A stretch of 64,000 bases of DNA from Octopus bimaculoides (taxonomy: Eukaryota): contig NC_068981.1 of the NCBI RefSeq assembly GCF_001194135.2, forward strand, positions 27,091,210 through 27,155,209, in the 5' to 3' direction. Position 1 is the first letter of the stretch, and every line of letters starts with the position of its first letter. The notes beneath the pieces are model-generated. The model saw only the letters and a list, made by a program, of their open reading frames with translations, made no database searches and was not told where the DNA came from. A program made the translations under genes and the position numbers. Positions 26,266-40,004 of this stretch are shown here, piece by piece.

Positions 26266-27993
26266 CACATACATATCTGTGCGTGCGTGTGTGAGTGTGT
26301 GTGTTCACGTATATTCGATATTTATATATTGCAGTATCGGTGGACGTACATCTGTTTGGTTCCATATGCATGTGTAGCACACCGAAGTTCATTAGGAAAT
26401 ATTATAGGTATAGTCCTATATTTCACTTAAATCGCTGGATATATTTTCTACTATTCCGTATAAACTAGCCGCTATATCTTTAAATACTGATGTGAAGAAC
26501 TTATCCATATCTATAATCTCACAAATATAACTTAACTCTCTTTGCTAATCAGTGTGTTTTTGTTTTCTTTATCAGCTAAGCCGTCATATTTGTATTTTAC
26601 GCAGTTCAGCTTAGTGGCCCACACTTAACTTAAATGTGTTCAACGTCAGTAAATGTACGAAATATATAACATATCATTGAAATATATCCTACTATAAAAG
26701 TGCATATCCAGTCTGCTACCTTACAAAACAATTGAAATGTGTAAGAAGGTAAGCTTAGCGAATCACATACGATGTTCCTGAGACTGACATCATAAAGAAA
26801 CAGATGCTCCTTTTTATCTGTTCCCTTTACTTTCAAAAAACACACAAAACACATTGACTTTTATTTTGTTTGTTGATACTTGTTTCGTTGTTTACAGTTG
26901 TATTTCAGTTTCCTTATGTTCATCTTATTTATTTTATCATATCTTTTTATTCGTTTATTCATTCATTTTTGTCTCTGTTTTTGTCTTCGAAATGGATCAT
27001 AAATTAAGGATTGACGTGTTTGTATTCTTTTCTTTATATTTAATGTTTCTTTTTAATATTTTTGTTTTTTTATGATTTCTACTCGTCACTACATCGGTTC
27101 TTTGCATAGCAAATACAAGTAAAACATATATAAAGCAACTATAGCAACAAAACGAACCGTCAGATATTTCTATTTTACCCAGCTATTACTTCGTTCTTTT
27201 AAATATTCTACAAGAATCTGCAAGAAAAAAAATCCTCTTCCCTCCTCCTAAAGCTAGCGCCGTTGCTTTGTTAGATTCTGAACTCCTTCATAAAATTGGC
27301 TGATCGCTTGAATGAATGTTCAGTCGAGTGTGCACAGATGTGCACAGGTGTATGAAACAGCATATCTGCATAGAAATAGTGGCCTGAGGGCAGGTGTTGC
27401 AGTGATGCATATTCTAACGCAGTTAGAATCTAGTTGCAGAGCTATAAGGGACAATTGCCAAGATGTATATGTGTGTGTCGCAGTGTTTGTGTACGGGCGC
27501 ACGTCCGTGTTTCTGTAATTATGTGTGTATGAATGTATGTTTACATCGGAAGTGGGTGTATATGTAGTAATAAATATTATTTTATTGTGTGCATAAATGC
27601 CATAATTTGTGTACGTGCGCACATATATACTTATATACATGCATATGTTATATGGATAGTGTATAACTTTGCATAAAAGTGCTTGTGTAGTATGTGTGTA
27701 TTTCAGGGTCACTGTTTTTCAATATATATTTTTCTGTACAATCAATGTATGTATATTTGCAATTTTTACTGGGTGCATTTATGTGATTCTGCAAAATTGA
27801 AGGAAATTGCAAACACCATTATGCGCGTAAATACGGAAATTTGTATTTGACAGTACATATATATGTGTGTGCTCGATTTTATAAGATGAATAGGTCACCA
27901 ATATACTTCTGTGTTTGTGTCTGTATATCTGTGTAACGGAAAGGAAATAAAGTAAACAGGGAGTTTGAAAATAGATAGCGGAGAGAGAGCGAG

Positions 27994-28058
<65 letters not shown>

Positions 28059-28419
28059 CTGAGCGTGATGTGAGATAGAGGAAAATAAATTGAACGACCA
28101 AGAGGTGTTAGTGATATATATAAGAGAAACACAAAACACATTTAAAAAATATAGAGGGATGCATTAAAGCGGTAGGAAAGAGATAAGCAGAGAAATACCC
28201 ACCCAAAACGTACATGCTTAATCAAAAATACACTAACACACACTCACACACACACACACACATACATACATACATACATACACACACTTGGACCGTCTGG
28301 AGCGCAGAGCACTCACTAAATGTGATTCATGTACCTTTATATCAGGTATTTAAATGCGGGTCTTACGCTCACATATTCGAGTAGGCCACCACATCACTGA
28401 AGAACTTCAATGACCTACC

Positions 28420-29150
28420 CAGCACATATCGATTTCACAATCAAAATATTTGACAATTATAATTCATTCTCCCTAGGCGACTTCCGATTAAGTATTACGT
28501 ACGAAAGAAATATGGACACGGTACTCATCTGTACTTGTTTGTTCCATCCAGTACTTGTTTGTTCACTTCCGCCCAAACTGGTTACATACAGAGTGAGATA
28601 GCCCGTAACCATGACAGATATATTCACTAAATCTTGCAGTCCCTTAAGATCCTAGAAATCAACAGGTAGTTGGTGTCTGTTACAGACACATTCAGTAGAT
28701 ATAAGCTAAATAAATGAGATGATAGACATTTCGGTAACACCTAATCCTAAGTATTCCTCACTTCAAAGAAAAGACGAACCACTGGGGAACGTCCCTCAGC
28801 GAGCGAAAACCCTGCTGAATAGTCTACATCCCCATCCGTAGTACGAGGAAACGTCCGCCGACCTATGTGGTCTACCAGCTACATTGTTTTAAATGGGGCA
28901 TTTATTACATCGGAAGCGCGACTCGCCACACCATATCCGGCTGATGGAACACTCGATGACACACGAGTCTTCTTTCCACAAACACAACCTGGAATGCGGT
29001 AACGCCACCAAAGATATATACGCTTTCATACTGGTCTCAAAAAAAAAAAAACCCTGAAATTATCTGGATCAAAGAATCAGTGATTATCTACAGATTTAAC
29101 CACTCCATGGGGTTCTTCACGTTGGTCGCTAGTTTGAGTTCGAAACGTTA
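28420..29150 (+). mobile_element. Penelope-like element relic with GIY-YIG endonuclease
   Basis: From 28867: VVYQLHCFKWGIYYIGSATR, frameshift, HIRLMEH..SSFHKH; remnant cgaaacgtt at about 29141-29149. Confidence 0.75.
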
Positions 29151-29376
29151 AAAGTAAAAATTATAGAATATGCATATATTTTTACGGCAAAGGATCAAGA
29201 TTTGATTGGTCGTAAACTTCGTTCTTCTCGTGGGTGTTTTGGTCAAAATATTTTGTTCTAGCGAAGTCCAGCGTTCTGGTTGGTTGTTGGCTGACTTGTG
29301 ATGACGTCATTTTTTGTCAAACGTTTTCATTCCTTGTCCACCATGGTAAAGGATCAAGTTCTGATTGGTTATAATA

Positions 29377-29538
29377 TTACTGGTGTAATTTGTTTTGGTC
29401 AAATATTTTCGTTTTAGTCAAAACAAAAAAAATATTTTGAACTTCAGATCTGTGAGCTTCATGAATACCGCTGGGGATCCACAGTGGAGGATTTCGGCCT
29501 CCACCCACTGTCATGCCGTCATAGTATGTAAAGCGTAA
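29377..29538 (-). CDS. Candidate exon 6; 3' end uncertain (donor after 29469 or read-through to TAA at 29379-29377)
   Basis: Acceptor ggatttctccAG, phase 0, reading LRFTYYDGMTVGGGRNPPLWIPS. Possible donor g|GTATTC at 29468; otherwise open to TAA at 29377. Confidence 0.65.
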   Translation of the reverse strand, partial: LRFTYYDGMTVGGGRNPPLWIPSGIHEAHRSEVQNIFFVLTKTKIFDQNKLHQ

Positions 29539-31422
29539 CTGGAGAAATCCAACAATCAACGACCGAATCGAGTTATAGCATATAGAGATAAGAATGATTA
29601 ATATTAAATAAGAAAAAGAGAACGAAAATAACTGATTTCTATATCGTGCCTGTTATACATTGTGCTAGTTCTCTATCGTGCTATTGCTATAGCATACTAT
29701 CTTTATATCGCGTTATCAAAAGTTTCAGTATGGAGATATTCACGAATGTGTTACTATCTTTTTATTTAAACGTCCTCCCATACTTATTAGTGAGGTTCAC
29801 TATGAATGTTTCCCACGAATTTCTCACAATGCAGTTAACTGATTCCGAAAGACTAAGAAAGAAAGGATGAGTGAAAGAGAATAATTGTTCTCACATGTTG
29901 AACTGCAATTTATTTACCAACCATGGAATGATTGAAAGCAAAGTTGATGTGAGAGGGATTTAAAGTCAGATTGCAAATAACCGGAACTTAAAATTTAAGC
30001 TACATGTTCGAGCCTGTAACGCTTTTACCAGCCGACAGAATCGTCGGCTGGAAGAATTGTTGTAATTTTGCTGATATTCTGAAATGAAACTCATTGCCAT
30101 TAACACTTATTTCTAAATAATATTATTACTAAGATTTCCAACGGAAGCAAGTATAGAATCTACCATTAACTTCATTGGTTTTAGCGTTAAAAAAAAAGGG
30201 GGACAAGATCTCCATGAAAGACGTATACGGAAACAATAACATGTGTGAGTGAAATAGTATATGATACAGACGACAAACAGCTTTATGTATATTTTATATA
30301 TCAACAGGAACCTGTCTGTCTGGGACGCGTTCGTTGATTTCCAGTAATTTTTATAGAATACAGTGGTACTTATTATTTTCTTACTAGAGTTTTTCACAAT
30401 TCTATAGCCAATTAAATATTTATCGTTCCTGTATTTCATACAAATTATCATCGACTAATAAGAAAAATGTAGATGTTAAAACCACAATATCTATAAGCAT
30501 ACGTATAAATGTAAAGCAATTCATTCCTACTATATAAATTTGGCCTAATACCCAATAAACAAACGTTCAACAATTGTAATTACTAAGAACTGAGACATTA
30601 AAATTACCATTGCCTCTTAAATGTCATTTTATATTCTTGTTGTTATTTGATTTCAAGCGGTTATCCATGCAGCTAATATTTTTGTATTTGTCGTTTTTGG
30701 TTTGTTTGTCTTTTTTGTTCTTTTATTATTTTTCTATTTGGTAGAGAATTCTTCCATTGATTTCTGATACTATTTGCTAAGCAGTTACCATAAAAAAAAA
30801 CAATAACTAAGATCAACAACAAACTCAACCATTTCAATAATAGAAGCAAAATGCAAACAACAATAATTAATAGAACAATAAAATTACAGTAATAACGAAA
30901 AACAAATAAGTTAATTGACAAGTTAAACTTCACTCATCCACTATCTCATACATAAAAAAAAAATCTAACCGTCACTTAAATATTTGCCATAGTTTCTAGC
31001 GAATACAACTTTCAATCAAATTTTCAAGTCTGTCCGTTTGTCGTGCCTGTTGGCGCTTCTTTCTTTTGTTAGTTATTCCTTTCAGTGCTAGGGACTTGCT
31101 TAAGTGCGGAGCAAACTTAACCATTATGTGGAAGCAATAGTTTGAAATGGAAGGAGGGACTTATTCTGTCCGTTAATCAAATTCCAAACAATATCCGGTG
31201 TTTGGCGGTCGTGTCACAGGTTATTAAAATTAAGCTGTTTGATCAAGAGAGAACTATGTGTTAAGAACAAACTGGGCACTAGACAGAGGCTCAAAAAGAG
31301 ATCGATAGTAGAGAAAAGGAAATTGAGATAGCAGTAAGGATCATTGGATCGTGTCCCATGGCCGTTGAAAAAGTTTTTCAAGCCAAGTGCCGAACAACAA
31401 CGAACATGTTGTTCAAACATAC

Positions 31423-31486
31423 CCATCCATATTCATCTGGCACGTGCTTCGCATCGGTAAACACTTCTTCGTAACCGCAGTTGATT
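31423..31486 (-). CDS. Candidate exon 5 (64 nt)
   Basis: Acceptor tttgtttatttttcAG, donor tgg|GTATGT. Phase 2 to phase 0, reading INCGYEEVFTDAKHVPDEYGW. Confidence 0.75.
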
Positions 31487-31598
31487 CTGAAAAATAAACA
31501 AAAGCGCGATTTCAGGAAAAGTCTCTCATGAAACATAAAAAAAAAATACCACCTAAGGCAAAACAAAAGAAAACAAATGACGGCAATGGCGAGATTAC

Positions 31599-31653
<55 letters not shown>

Positions 31654-32639
31654 TATAGTAGTAGTAGTGGTGGCGGTGGTGGTGGTGGTGGTGGTGGTGG
31701 TGGNNNNNNNNNNNNNNNNNNNNNNNNNNNNNNNNNNNNNNNNNNNNNNNNNNNNNNNNNNNNNNNNNNNNNNNNNNNNNNNNNNNNNNNNNNNNNNNNN
31801 NNNNNNNNNNNNNNNNNNNNNNNNNNNNNNNNNNNNNNNNNNNNNNNNNNNNNNNNNNNNNNNNNNNNNNNNNNNNNNNNNNNNNNNNNNNNNNNNNNNN
31901 NNNNNNNNNNNNNNNNNNNNNNNNNNNNNNNNNNNNNNNNNNNNNNNNNNNNNNNNNNNNNNNNNNNNNNNNNNNNNNNNNNNNNNNNNNNNNNNNNNNN
32001 NNNNNNNNNNNNNNNNNNNNNNNNNNNNNNNNNNNNNNNNNNNNNNNNNNNNNNNNNNNNNNNNNNNNNNNNNNNNNNNNNNNNNNNNNNNNNNNNNNNN
32101 NNNNNNNNNNNNNNNNNNNNNNNNNNNNNNNNNNNNNNNNNNNNNNNNNNNNNNNNNNNNNNNNNNNNNNNNNNNNNNNNNNNNNNNNNNNNNNNNNNNN
32201 NNNNNNNNNNNNNNNNNNNNNNNNNNNNNNNNNNNNNNNNNNNNNNNNNNNNNNNNNNNNNNNNNNNNNNNNNNNNNNNNNNNNNNNNNNNNNNNNNNNN
32301 NNNNNNNNNNNNNNNNNNNNNNNNNNNNNNNNNNNNNNNNNNNNNNNNNNNNNNNNNNNNNNNNNNNNNNNNNNNNNNNNNNNNNNNNNNNNNNNNNNNN
32401 NNNNNNNNNNNNNNNNNNNNNNNNNNNNNNNNNNNNNNNNNNNNNNNNNNNNNNNNNNNNNNNNNNNNNNNNNNNNNNNNNNNNNNNNNNNNNNNNNNNN
32501 NNNNNNNNNNNNNNNNNNNNNNNNNNNNNNNNNNNNNNNNNNNNNNNNNNNNNNNNNNNNNTGTGTGTATATATTTCTCTGTGTGTGTGTGTGTGTACAT
32601 ATTTCTGTGTGTACTGGCATCTCCGGTCAAAGATGATAT

Positions 32640-32858
32640 ATAAGTGTTCAGACTTTCTGAACGAAATGCACAAATGTTTATACTGATCAAATGATGGCAC
32701 CGTACATTAACTTACTCTCTCCATCAAATCAAAATGGCCACAGACCAACGTGAAATCAAATGCTTCCCCCCAAGAACACAATGCGCCGCCTGATCCTTGA
32801 ACCGAAACTACTAACTAGTGATCAGGATTGCGTGCAACGACCTAAGCTCTAGACCATG
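32640..32858 (-). mobile_element. Decayed SINE-like element (related copy about 33880-34130 on plus)
   Basis: Shared catttgatggag..gtgaactaatg / ttgatggagagagtaagttaatg segment and tRNA-like head remnants. Confidence 0.5.
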
Positions 32859-33259
32859 AGTGCATATATACATACGTACATACATACATATATATATATA
32901 GCTCTTCGAAACGCCGGTGTTAAAACGGAGGTAGCTGATGAAGTAGAATGTTCTCTATGTGGCTTGTGTGTTTTCTCGTCTCTGTTTTGTTTGCAATGTC
33001 CTGTACCCAGATATGCACCTATACATGCAGGTGGATGTCGGTATGCACATACCTGTACGTATATATGCATATACCCATTTACTATTTGTTTATATATATA
33101 TATATATATCGGCCATTATCGGCCCAGGCCATGACTAACTCAATAGCACCACCATGTGTGTGTGTGTGTGTGTATGTGTGTGTATGTCTGTGTGTCTGTG
33201 CGTGCGTGTGTCTGTGCGTGTATGTATGTATCTATCTATCTCTCTATATATATACACAT

Positions 33260-33301
<42 letters not shown>

Positions 33302-34316
33302 NNNNNNNNNNNNNNNNNNNNNNNNNNNNNNNNNNNNNNNNNNNNNNNNNNNNNNNNNNNNNNNNNNNNNNNNNNNNNNNNNNNNNNNNNNNNNNNNNNN
33401 NNNNNNNNNNNNNNNNNNNNNNNNNNNNNNNNNNNNNNNNNNNNNNNNNNNNNNNNNNNNNNNNNNNNNNNNNNNNNNNNNNNNNNNNNNNNNNNNNNNN
33501 NNNNNNNNNNNNNNNNNNNNNNNNNNNNNNNNNNNNNNNNNNNNNNNNNNNNNNNNNNNNNNNNNNNNNNNNNNNNNNNNNNNNNNNNNNNNNNNNNNNN
33601 NNNNNNNNNNNNNNNNNNNNNNNNNNNNNNNNNNNNNNNNNNNNNNNNNNNNNNNNNNNNNNNNNNNNNNNTTCAAGCTATTTTTTGCAAAATAAACTAT
33701 TTTGGAAGGCCAGCTATCATCATCGGAAAAGCAAAGATTTGCATATGTACACTGTATTTACATGAATAATATATAGTCTATTGACTAATTTTTTCTTCTC
33801 GCTAGACCACTGGTAGGAAATAGAATTTCAAAAATTTGTTTTTGCTACCCTGAGATTTATTTATATATATATATATACAAATGGCTTAGTTGCATGGCCT
33901 AGTGGTGTGCTAATCACGACCGAGCACGTGATCGTAATTTTAGATTTTGGAGCGTGCTTTTAAATCTTCACCAAGTCACTTCAGCTCTCATAGCTCTTTG
34001 CTCTACGATCAGTTCGGCATCTAACGTGTTCAATAGTATGGAACTTTTCAGGCAACATCCATTTGATGGAGCGAGTGAACTAATGCATAGCTCATGTATT
34101 TAATCACTATAAACAACTCATTTGTGCCGGTTGATCTGCAGGAAATTGAAGAACTGCCTTCTCGGTCTACGAGCGACTACCATCATATATATATACATAT
34201 GTATATGTGTATGTGTGTGTACGTGTGTGAATGTGCGTGTTTACATAAATATGCTTTCAATTACATACACTCACACATATATAGATATCGCTGGACAAAC
34301 GAATATAGGGGGCACT

Positions 34317-34530
34317 AAGGTGGAGAACTGTCAGAAATTTAGCACGCTGGGTGAAATGTCTAGCGTTATTTCGTCTGTCTTTACGTTCTGAGTTCAAATT
34401 CCACCTAGGTCGACTTTGCCTTTCCTCCTTTCCGGCACAATAAATTAAATAACAGTTGCGTACTGGAATGGATATAATCGACTGGTCCCTCCCCAAAAAT
34501 TTCGGGCATCTTGCCTAGAATAGAAAAGAT
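34317..34530 (+). mobile_element. SINE family B copy with degenerate TSD
   Basis: Full-length homology; flanks tatagggggcact / tatagaggagcact. Confidence 0.85.
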
Positions 34531-35679
34531 TATAGAGGAGCACTCAACACATTTAGTAGGAGTTACGCATATTATTGTTTAAAATTGTTTGGTTCGACCC
34601 TAGCACAAAGATCAAGGTTTCTGTAAGAGATCTTCGAAGCATTAAGTTGCATAGGACTGAATCAAATTGTTTTAAATAATATATCTTNNNNNNNNNNNNN
34701 NNNNNNNNNNNNNNNNNNNNNNNNNNNNNNNNNNNNNNNNNNNNNNNNNNNNNNNNNNNNNNNNNNNNNNNNNNNNNNNNNNNNNNNNNNNNNNNNNNNN
34801 NNNNNNNNNNNNNNNNNNNNNNNNNNNNNNNNNNNNNNNNNNNNNNNNNNNNNNNNNNNNNNNNNNNNNNNNNNNNNNNNNNNNNNNNNNNNNNNNNNNN
34901 NNNNNNNNNNNNNNNNNNNNNNNNNNNNNNNNNNNNNNNNNNNNNNNNNNNNNNNNNNNNNNNNNNNNNNNNNNNATATATATATATATATATACATATA
35001 TACCTATATATAATGAAACATTGGCAAATAGTGAAAGAAACACGAATACTGCCAAGAAAAATATAGAGGACTAAATGAAAGAGAGAAAAGGGATGTTATA
35101 ATGAATGCTACGTGCATCTGCATTAATGAATGTTTTCCGAGTGCGAGTCTCACCTAATAAATAATAGTGAAATTGTTTGCGAAGCCTAAGGAGAAATATT
35201 TTAATACCTGCAACTGTTTACAGACGCAAATGAAAGACTATTGTCATTAATATTGTTGTTGTTGCTACTGCTGTTGTTATCGACGGTGGTGGTGATGATG
35301 GTGTCATTATTTACTTGCTCCTGTGTAGTATAAAAATGCAATAATAATAACAACAATAATAATAGTAATTGTTATTATTTATTATTTTTTTATTCTTATT
35401 ATTGATGTGCTTGTTGGCGTTGGTGATGTTATGATTTAGATGCCCTCGCGGCAAATGAAATGAAAATAACGTCATCATTCTCATCATGATATTTGATATT
35501 GCTGTTGCATTTCTTATGTGGATGTCAGTGGCAAGGATGGTGCAAGTTAAAGCGCTTGCACTGGCTATTCACCTGTAGACTGAGATAGGAGTACACGGAC
35601 AGGGTGTTCCCTCTAATTCACTGGGTGACCATGGCATTTCCAGGTTTGTTATCTGCTCTTCTCTCCATTCTCGCGAACT

Positions 35680-36026
35680 CATTTCACCCTTTTTGGATAG
35701 ACGTGTGACTGGTGACGAAAAATGAATATTCTATCGAAATGTTAAACGTCGTAAACAGTGGCTTGGTAAAAGGGAAAAAGCTCAACCACAACTAAGAAGG
35801 GAACTTCATTGGGAAAAGTTTCTTCTCTCTATCTGGTGGGATTTCAAAGGAGTAATTCACTTTGAATTGATACCATCTAATGCAACAATCAATGCTCAAG
35901 TCCACTGTCAGCAATTAGAGCGTTTGAACCAAGCTATGAAGAAAAAAAGACCCGCCTTAGTGAATCGAAAATGAGTGATGTTTCGTCAGGTCAATGCGTG
36001 ACCCCACACAGCAAAGATCACATGAC
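35680..36026 (+). mobile_element. Mariner (Mos1-like) transposase relic, cut by an N-gap
   Basis: PFLDRRVTGDEK*IFYRN..W..LLSIWWDFKGVIHFELIP..TINA..CQQLERL..KKRP..VNRK*VMFRQVNA*PH. Confidence 0.9.
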
Positions 36027-36402
36027 NNNNNNNNNNNNNNNNNNNNNNNNNNNNNNNNNNNNNNNNNNNNNNNNNNNNNNNNNNNNNNNNNNNNNNNNNN
36101 NNNNNNNNNNNNNNNNNNNNNNNNNNNNNNNNNNNNNNNNNNNNNNNNNNNNNNNNNNNNNNNNNNNNNNNNNNNNNNNNNNNNNNNNNNNNNNNNNNNN
36201 NNNNNNNNNNNNNNNNNNNNNNNNNNNNNNNNNNNNNNNNNNNNNNNNNNNNNNNNNNNNNNNNNNNNNNNNNNNNNNNNNNNNNNNNNNNNNNNNNNNN
36301 NNNNNNNNNNNNNNNNNNNNNNNNNNNNNNNNNNNNNNNNNNNNNNNNNNNNNNNNNNNNNNNNNNNNNNNNNNNNNNNNNNNNNNNNNNNNNNNNNNNN
36401 NN

Positions 36403-36441
<39 letters not shown>

Positions 36442-36444
<3 letters not shown>

Positions 36445-36780
36445 TGAGACCCCCTTCGCTCATGACTGACCATGGGATTGCACCTAGAAAGTTACCCTTC
36501 CAGGCACAAGTTCAGGCAATGTTGTTTATGGAAGACAAGCAGTCAACCATGCATACTGGCCTCCCCTCTCCACGCCACCAGTGTTATCCAAGAGAAAGGC
36601 AAAAATCGATATAGCTTAGCATCTGTGACGTCGCAACTCATTTCTACAGCTGAGTGAACTGGGGCAACGTGAAATAAAGTTTCTTGCTCAAGAATACAAC
36701 ACGCAGCCCGATCCAGGATTCGAACTCACAACCTCACGATCGTAAGCTCGACGCTCTAACTACTGAGCCATGCGCCTTCA
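36442..36780 (-). mobile_element. tRNA-derived CORE-like SINE, family D
   Basis: Minus strand ggctcagtagttagagcgtc..gagttcgaatcc (A and B boxes), then ttcttgagcaagaaacttt..cagctgtagaaatgag resembling the CORE domain. Confidence 0.8.
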
Positions 36781-36859
36781 CACACACACACATACACACA
36801 CACACACACACTGATATATATATATATTTTTATGCGTTTCGACCCGAGATCTATGGGCA

Positions 36860-37180
36860 TGCTGGGACACGTTTACAATATCCCCTCTTATGTGATTGGC
36901 CTATGGTGAAGGAAGGAATTCGACATTTGTGCTTTCTTTTGGATCTATTACTGTGATGCATGTTCATCTGACATCTTGGCCAGCAGGGATTGAGATTGGT
37001 TAATGTCAGCGTCTGCTTCACACTCCATGTACACCCCTTAGATGTTTTGGCAAAATAGTAAATAGGTCTGAGCCCAAGTTTTTCAATACATGATCCTGAA
37101 TAGCTTGGGATTGAAAATGTATGTAAAAAAATTTCTCCGTTGACATAGTAACGTTGATAAACTAGTTTCATTTGCAGGTA
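36860..37180 (-). mobile_element. Possible decayed RTE-type LINE 3' end
   Basis: KCRIPSFTIGQSHKR loosely resembles the RTE C-terminal C..C....SxIGLxSHxR motif. Confidence 0.35.
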
Positions 37181-37586
37181 GTTTCCTGGGAATTGTATTC
37201 ACTTAATAATGATACTTTACCATTGCCTTTTGTTGTTAATTTCTCATGATGTTCCGGCAGAACATTGAGACTTTGAATCAAAAGCTCTAATGCTAACACA
37301 CTTGTTGCTTTGTGAAAGAAATTTTACTTGATTTTCTTTGACAGATATGTATCTTTACTTATGTTTTAGCATTCTGTTCCTAACCCATCGATATAGTGTT
37401 CCAAATACAGAATAGCCAAAAAATAACGCATACCTTATAGTATATTTTCTCTGACTATTTCGTGTGTAGCATTTAATTAAAACTTATGTGTCCTATGTTT
37501 TGTATATTGTTTTTACTAACATGAGTATTGGTTTCTTTTAATCAGAGTTTGAATTATTTTGTTTCGTAAAAATTGTATTTTCTTAC

Positions 37587-37683
37587 GCCAGCAAATGTAC
37601 AATTTTGTAAAATTTTCCGTAGGTTTCCGTCACATGTCTGCCAGTTCCGATAAGGTTATTCCTTGTTCTAAGAACCGAATAAT
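37587..37683 (-). CDS. Candidate exon 4 (97 nt)
   Basis: Acceptor aaaactttctccacAG, donor gc|GTAAGA. Phase 1 to phase 2, reading (D)YSVLRTRNNLIGTGRHVTETYGKFYKIVHLL(A) with no stops. Confidence 0.75.
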
Positions 37684-39143
37684 CTGTGGAGAAAGTTTTC
37701 TCAATTATTGGTCAGAGAAATACGATTAATATTGATTATTGACTAGTATTTTATCTTCTCTGTATATGTATTACTAGTTATCAATTTAAATATTCCATCC
37801 ATTAAAATTGATAATATTAAGTTAAATGAAGTGTATTACGCCAAGTCGGTTTTCTGATTCAGTACAACATGCTAAACAAAATTTAATTGACAACGAACTA
37901 TAGCTCATATTTGCTAAAACTGTGTATAAAACAAACTTCTATGTTAACATATTAACTCTGACAGGGAAATGTATTCGCTTAATAATGATAATATAGCAGT
38001 GTCTTTAATTGTTAATTGTTTATGATGTTGCACCAGAAGAGTGAGACGTTGAATGAAAAGCTCTAATGCTGACACATTTTCAAAAGTTTTATTTTATTTT
38101 ATTTTATTTTACAATGAGCAACTATTATTCTGAGAGTGTCATTAAGTGTGTTTCTGAATATTGTGTGCTATGAAATATAATTACCACAAATACATTGATG
38201 GAATGAGAAAACCAATTTTGAATGTAGCTTTTATCTTAGTTTCAGCTTAAAGTCTACATGAGTATTTTGAATAAGATCACATAGTATGAAATTCTTTGTT
38301 GGAAACAAATAATTTACTTTATATTTTTAACAGAAATTTCAATGTAGAAGATAACTTTCTGAAGTGGAGAAAAATATAAAGTCGAAATATATTTTGTCTT
38401 TATTCTGAATATACGCTCATCTCTGTATGTAACATTTTTCTTAAGTATTTTAGTAGCGATTATCAGATTCGCCTATACGTTTGCTAAGGTATTTATTATA
38501 TTGAAATACATCATTGCATACATTCAAATCGGAAATTTTCAATGCAAAATATTATTACAATTGGTTCGCAAAGATTTGAATAGCCGTCTCTGAGGGTAAA
38601 TGAAATATCGTACAGTTTGCAGAGACTGAAGTGTAGTATATTGCAGAATATATTGTATACATTCCGTTGCTATGTATGTTGAATTTCAATACGGATTAAA
38701 ATAGTTCATGCTTCTTGAAACTATATAAATATAGTCTTGTTTTCAGATTCACACAAAGAATCTCTGATAGGAAGACTCTAATCCATCGAACTACATCACT
38801 TACAGCGAATAATTTTGGACTTCTTAGCTTCTTCTTCAAGTGATGCCGACGTCGAATTTTCTATTCCTTACGCTCGTTAAGAAACAAAATATTCACTGAT
38901 GTTAGGTTAGTCGATTGCACTGTATCTTACTTCCTGACAAATAAAGTAAGCTATATGTTAAATTGTTTGAAGAAAATGATAATATTTTAAAGTAATTATT
39001 ATATTTAAACATTGTATATATTCAACATATAATTCGTTATCTTAAAAATGTTTTGCTTAGATGCAAGTATGTATAAAGATTTCATATATTCTTTACATTT
39101 CCATTGACAAGATATCCAATTTTTCTTTTCAGAAAATATAGAT

Positions 39144-39187
39144 GTGCTCCAGCATGGCCGCAGTGAAATGACTGAAACAAGTAGAAG

Positions 39188-39192
<5 letters not shown>
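39144..39192 (+). mobile_element. 3' fragment of SINE family A
   Basis: gtgctccagcatggccgcagtgaaatgactgaaacaagta matches the family A 3' end; followed by (CT)n. Confidence 0.8.
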
Positions 39193-39232
<40 letters not shown>

Positions 39233-39538
39233 GCACACAGACACACACATACAAACATGTACATACATATATATTTGTACATGCATTCATGTATACATGC
39301 AAACATGCATACATACCTACATACATACATGTACGCACACATTGTAACAAGTTATGGATGATGAAGCAGTTTTAATTATAAACCGTCCCATATTACTCTG
39401 TGAACATCAAGTGTACCATAAAATCCCTTTTCCCCTTAATATGTCCTGTAATAAAATGCTTAAAGTAAGGTAACAATATTTTAAAGAATTTACTAAATAT
39501 TTGATAAGCAAATTTCATTTTCAATTCTGAAAACGGAT

Positions 39539-40004
39539 CTGTGATAAGAAGCTTGCTTCCCAACCACATGGTTTCCGGTTCAGTCCCACTGCGTGGTACC
39601 GTGTTTAATTGCCTTCTACTATAGCCTCGAGCCGATCAAAGCCTTGTGAGTTGAATTGGTAGACGGAAATTGAAAAATCCCGTCGTATGTGTGTGTGCGC
39701 GCGCATGCGTGGGTGCGTAGGTGTGTGCATGAGTGTGTGTGTGAGTGTGTGTGTGCGTGTGTGCGTGTGTTTGCGTGTGTGTTTGTACATATCCTTGTTC
39801 CTCTTCACCGCTGGATAACCAGTGTTAGTATGTTTTCATCCCCGTACCTTAGAGGTTCGGCAAAACAGTTCGGTAGAATATCTATCAGACCCCCCCCCCC
39901 ACCAAACAAAAAAATAACGCACTGGAGTCGATTCATTCAACAAAATATTCTGCAAGTCGGTGTCACAGCATGGCCGCCGTCTAATGACTGAAACGAATAA
40001 AAGA
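39539..40004 (+). mobile_element. SINE family A copy
   Basis: Colinear homology to 705-1180 including the internal TG-rich array. Confidence 0.85.

Noticed and set aside
28367-28396. 30-nt minus-strand micro-exon that would fit phase 1 after exon 6 (MWWPTRICE)
   Set aside because: Weak acceptor, two competing donors, and it borders a PLE relic; not supportable without reads.
29040-29376. ATGA motifs downstream of exon 6 as SECIS candidates
   Set aside because: None gives the GA quartet with an 11-12 bp helix II by manual folding; a proper SECIS search is still needed.
30028-30051. Perfect 9-bp hairpin ccagccgac/gtcggctgg
   Set aside because: No CTRR end for a Helitron; lies at the head of a decayed SINE; terminators are irrelevant in this eukaryotic context.
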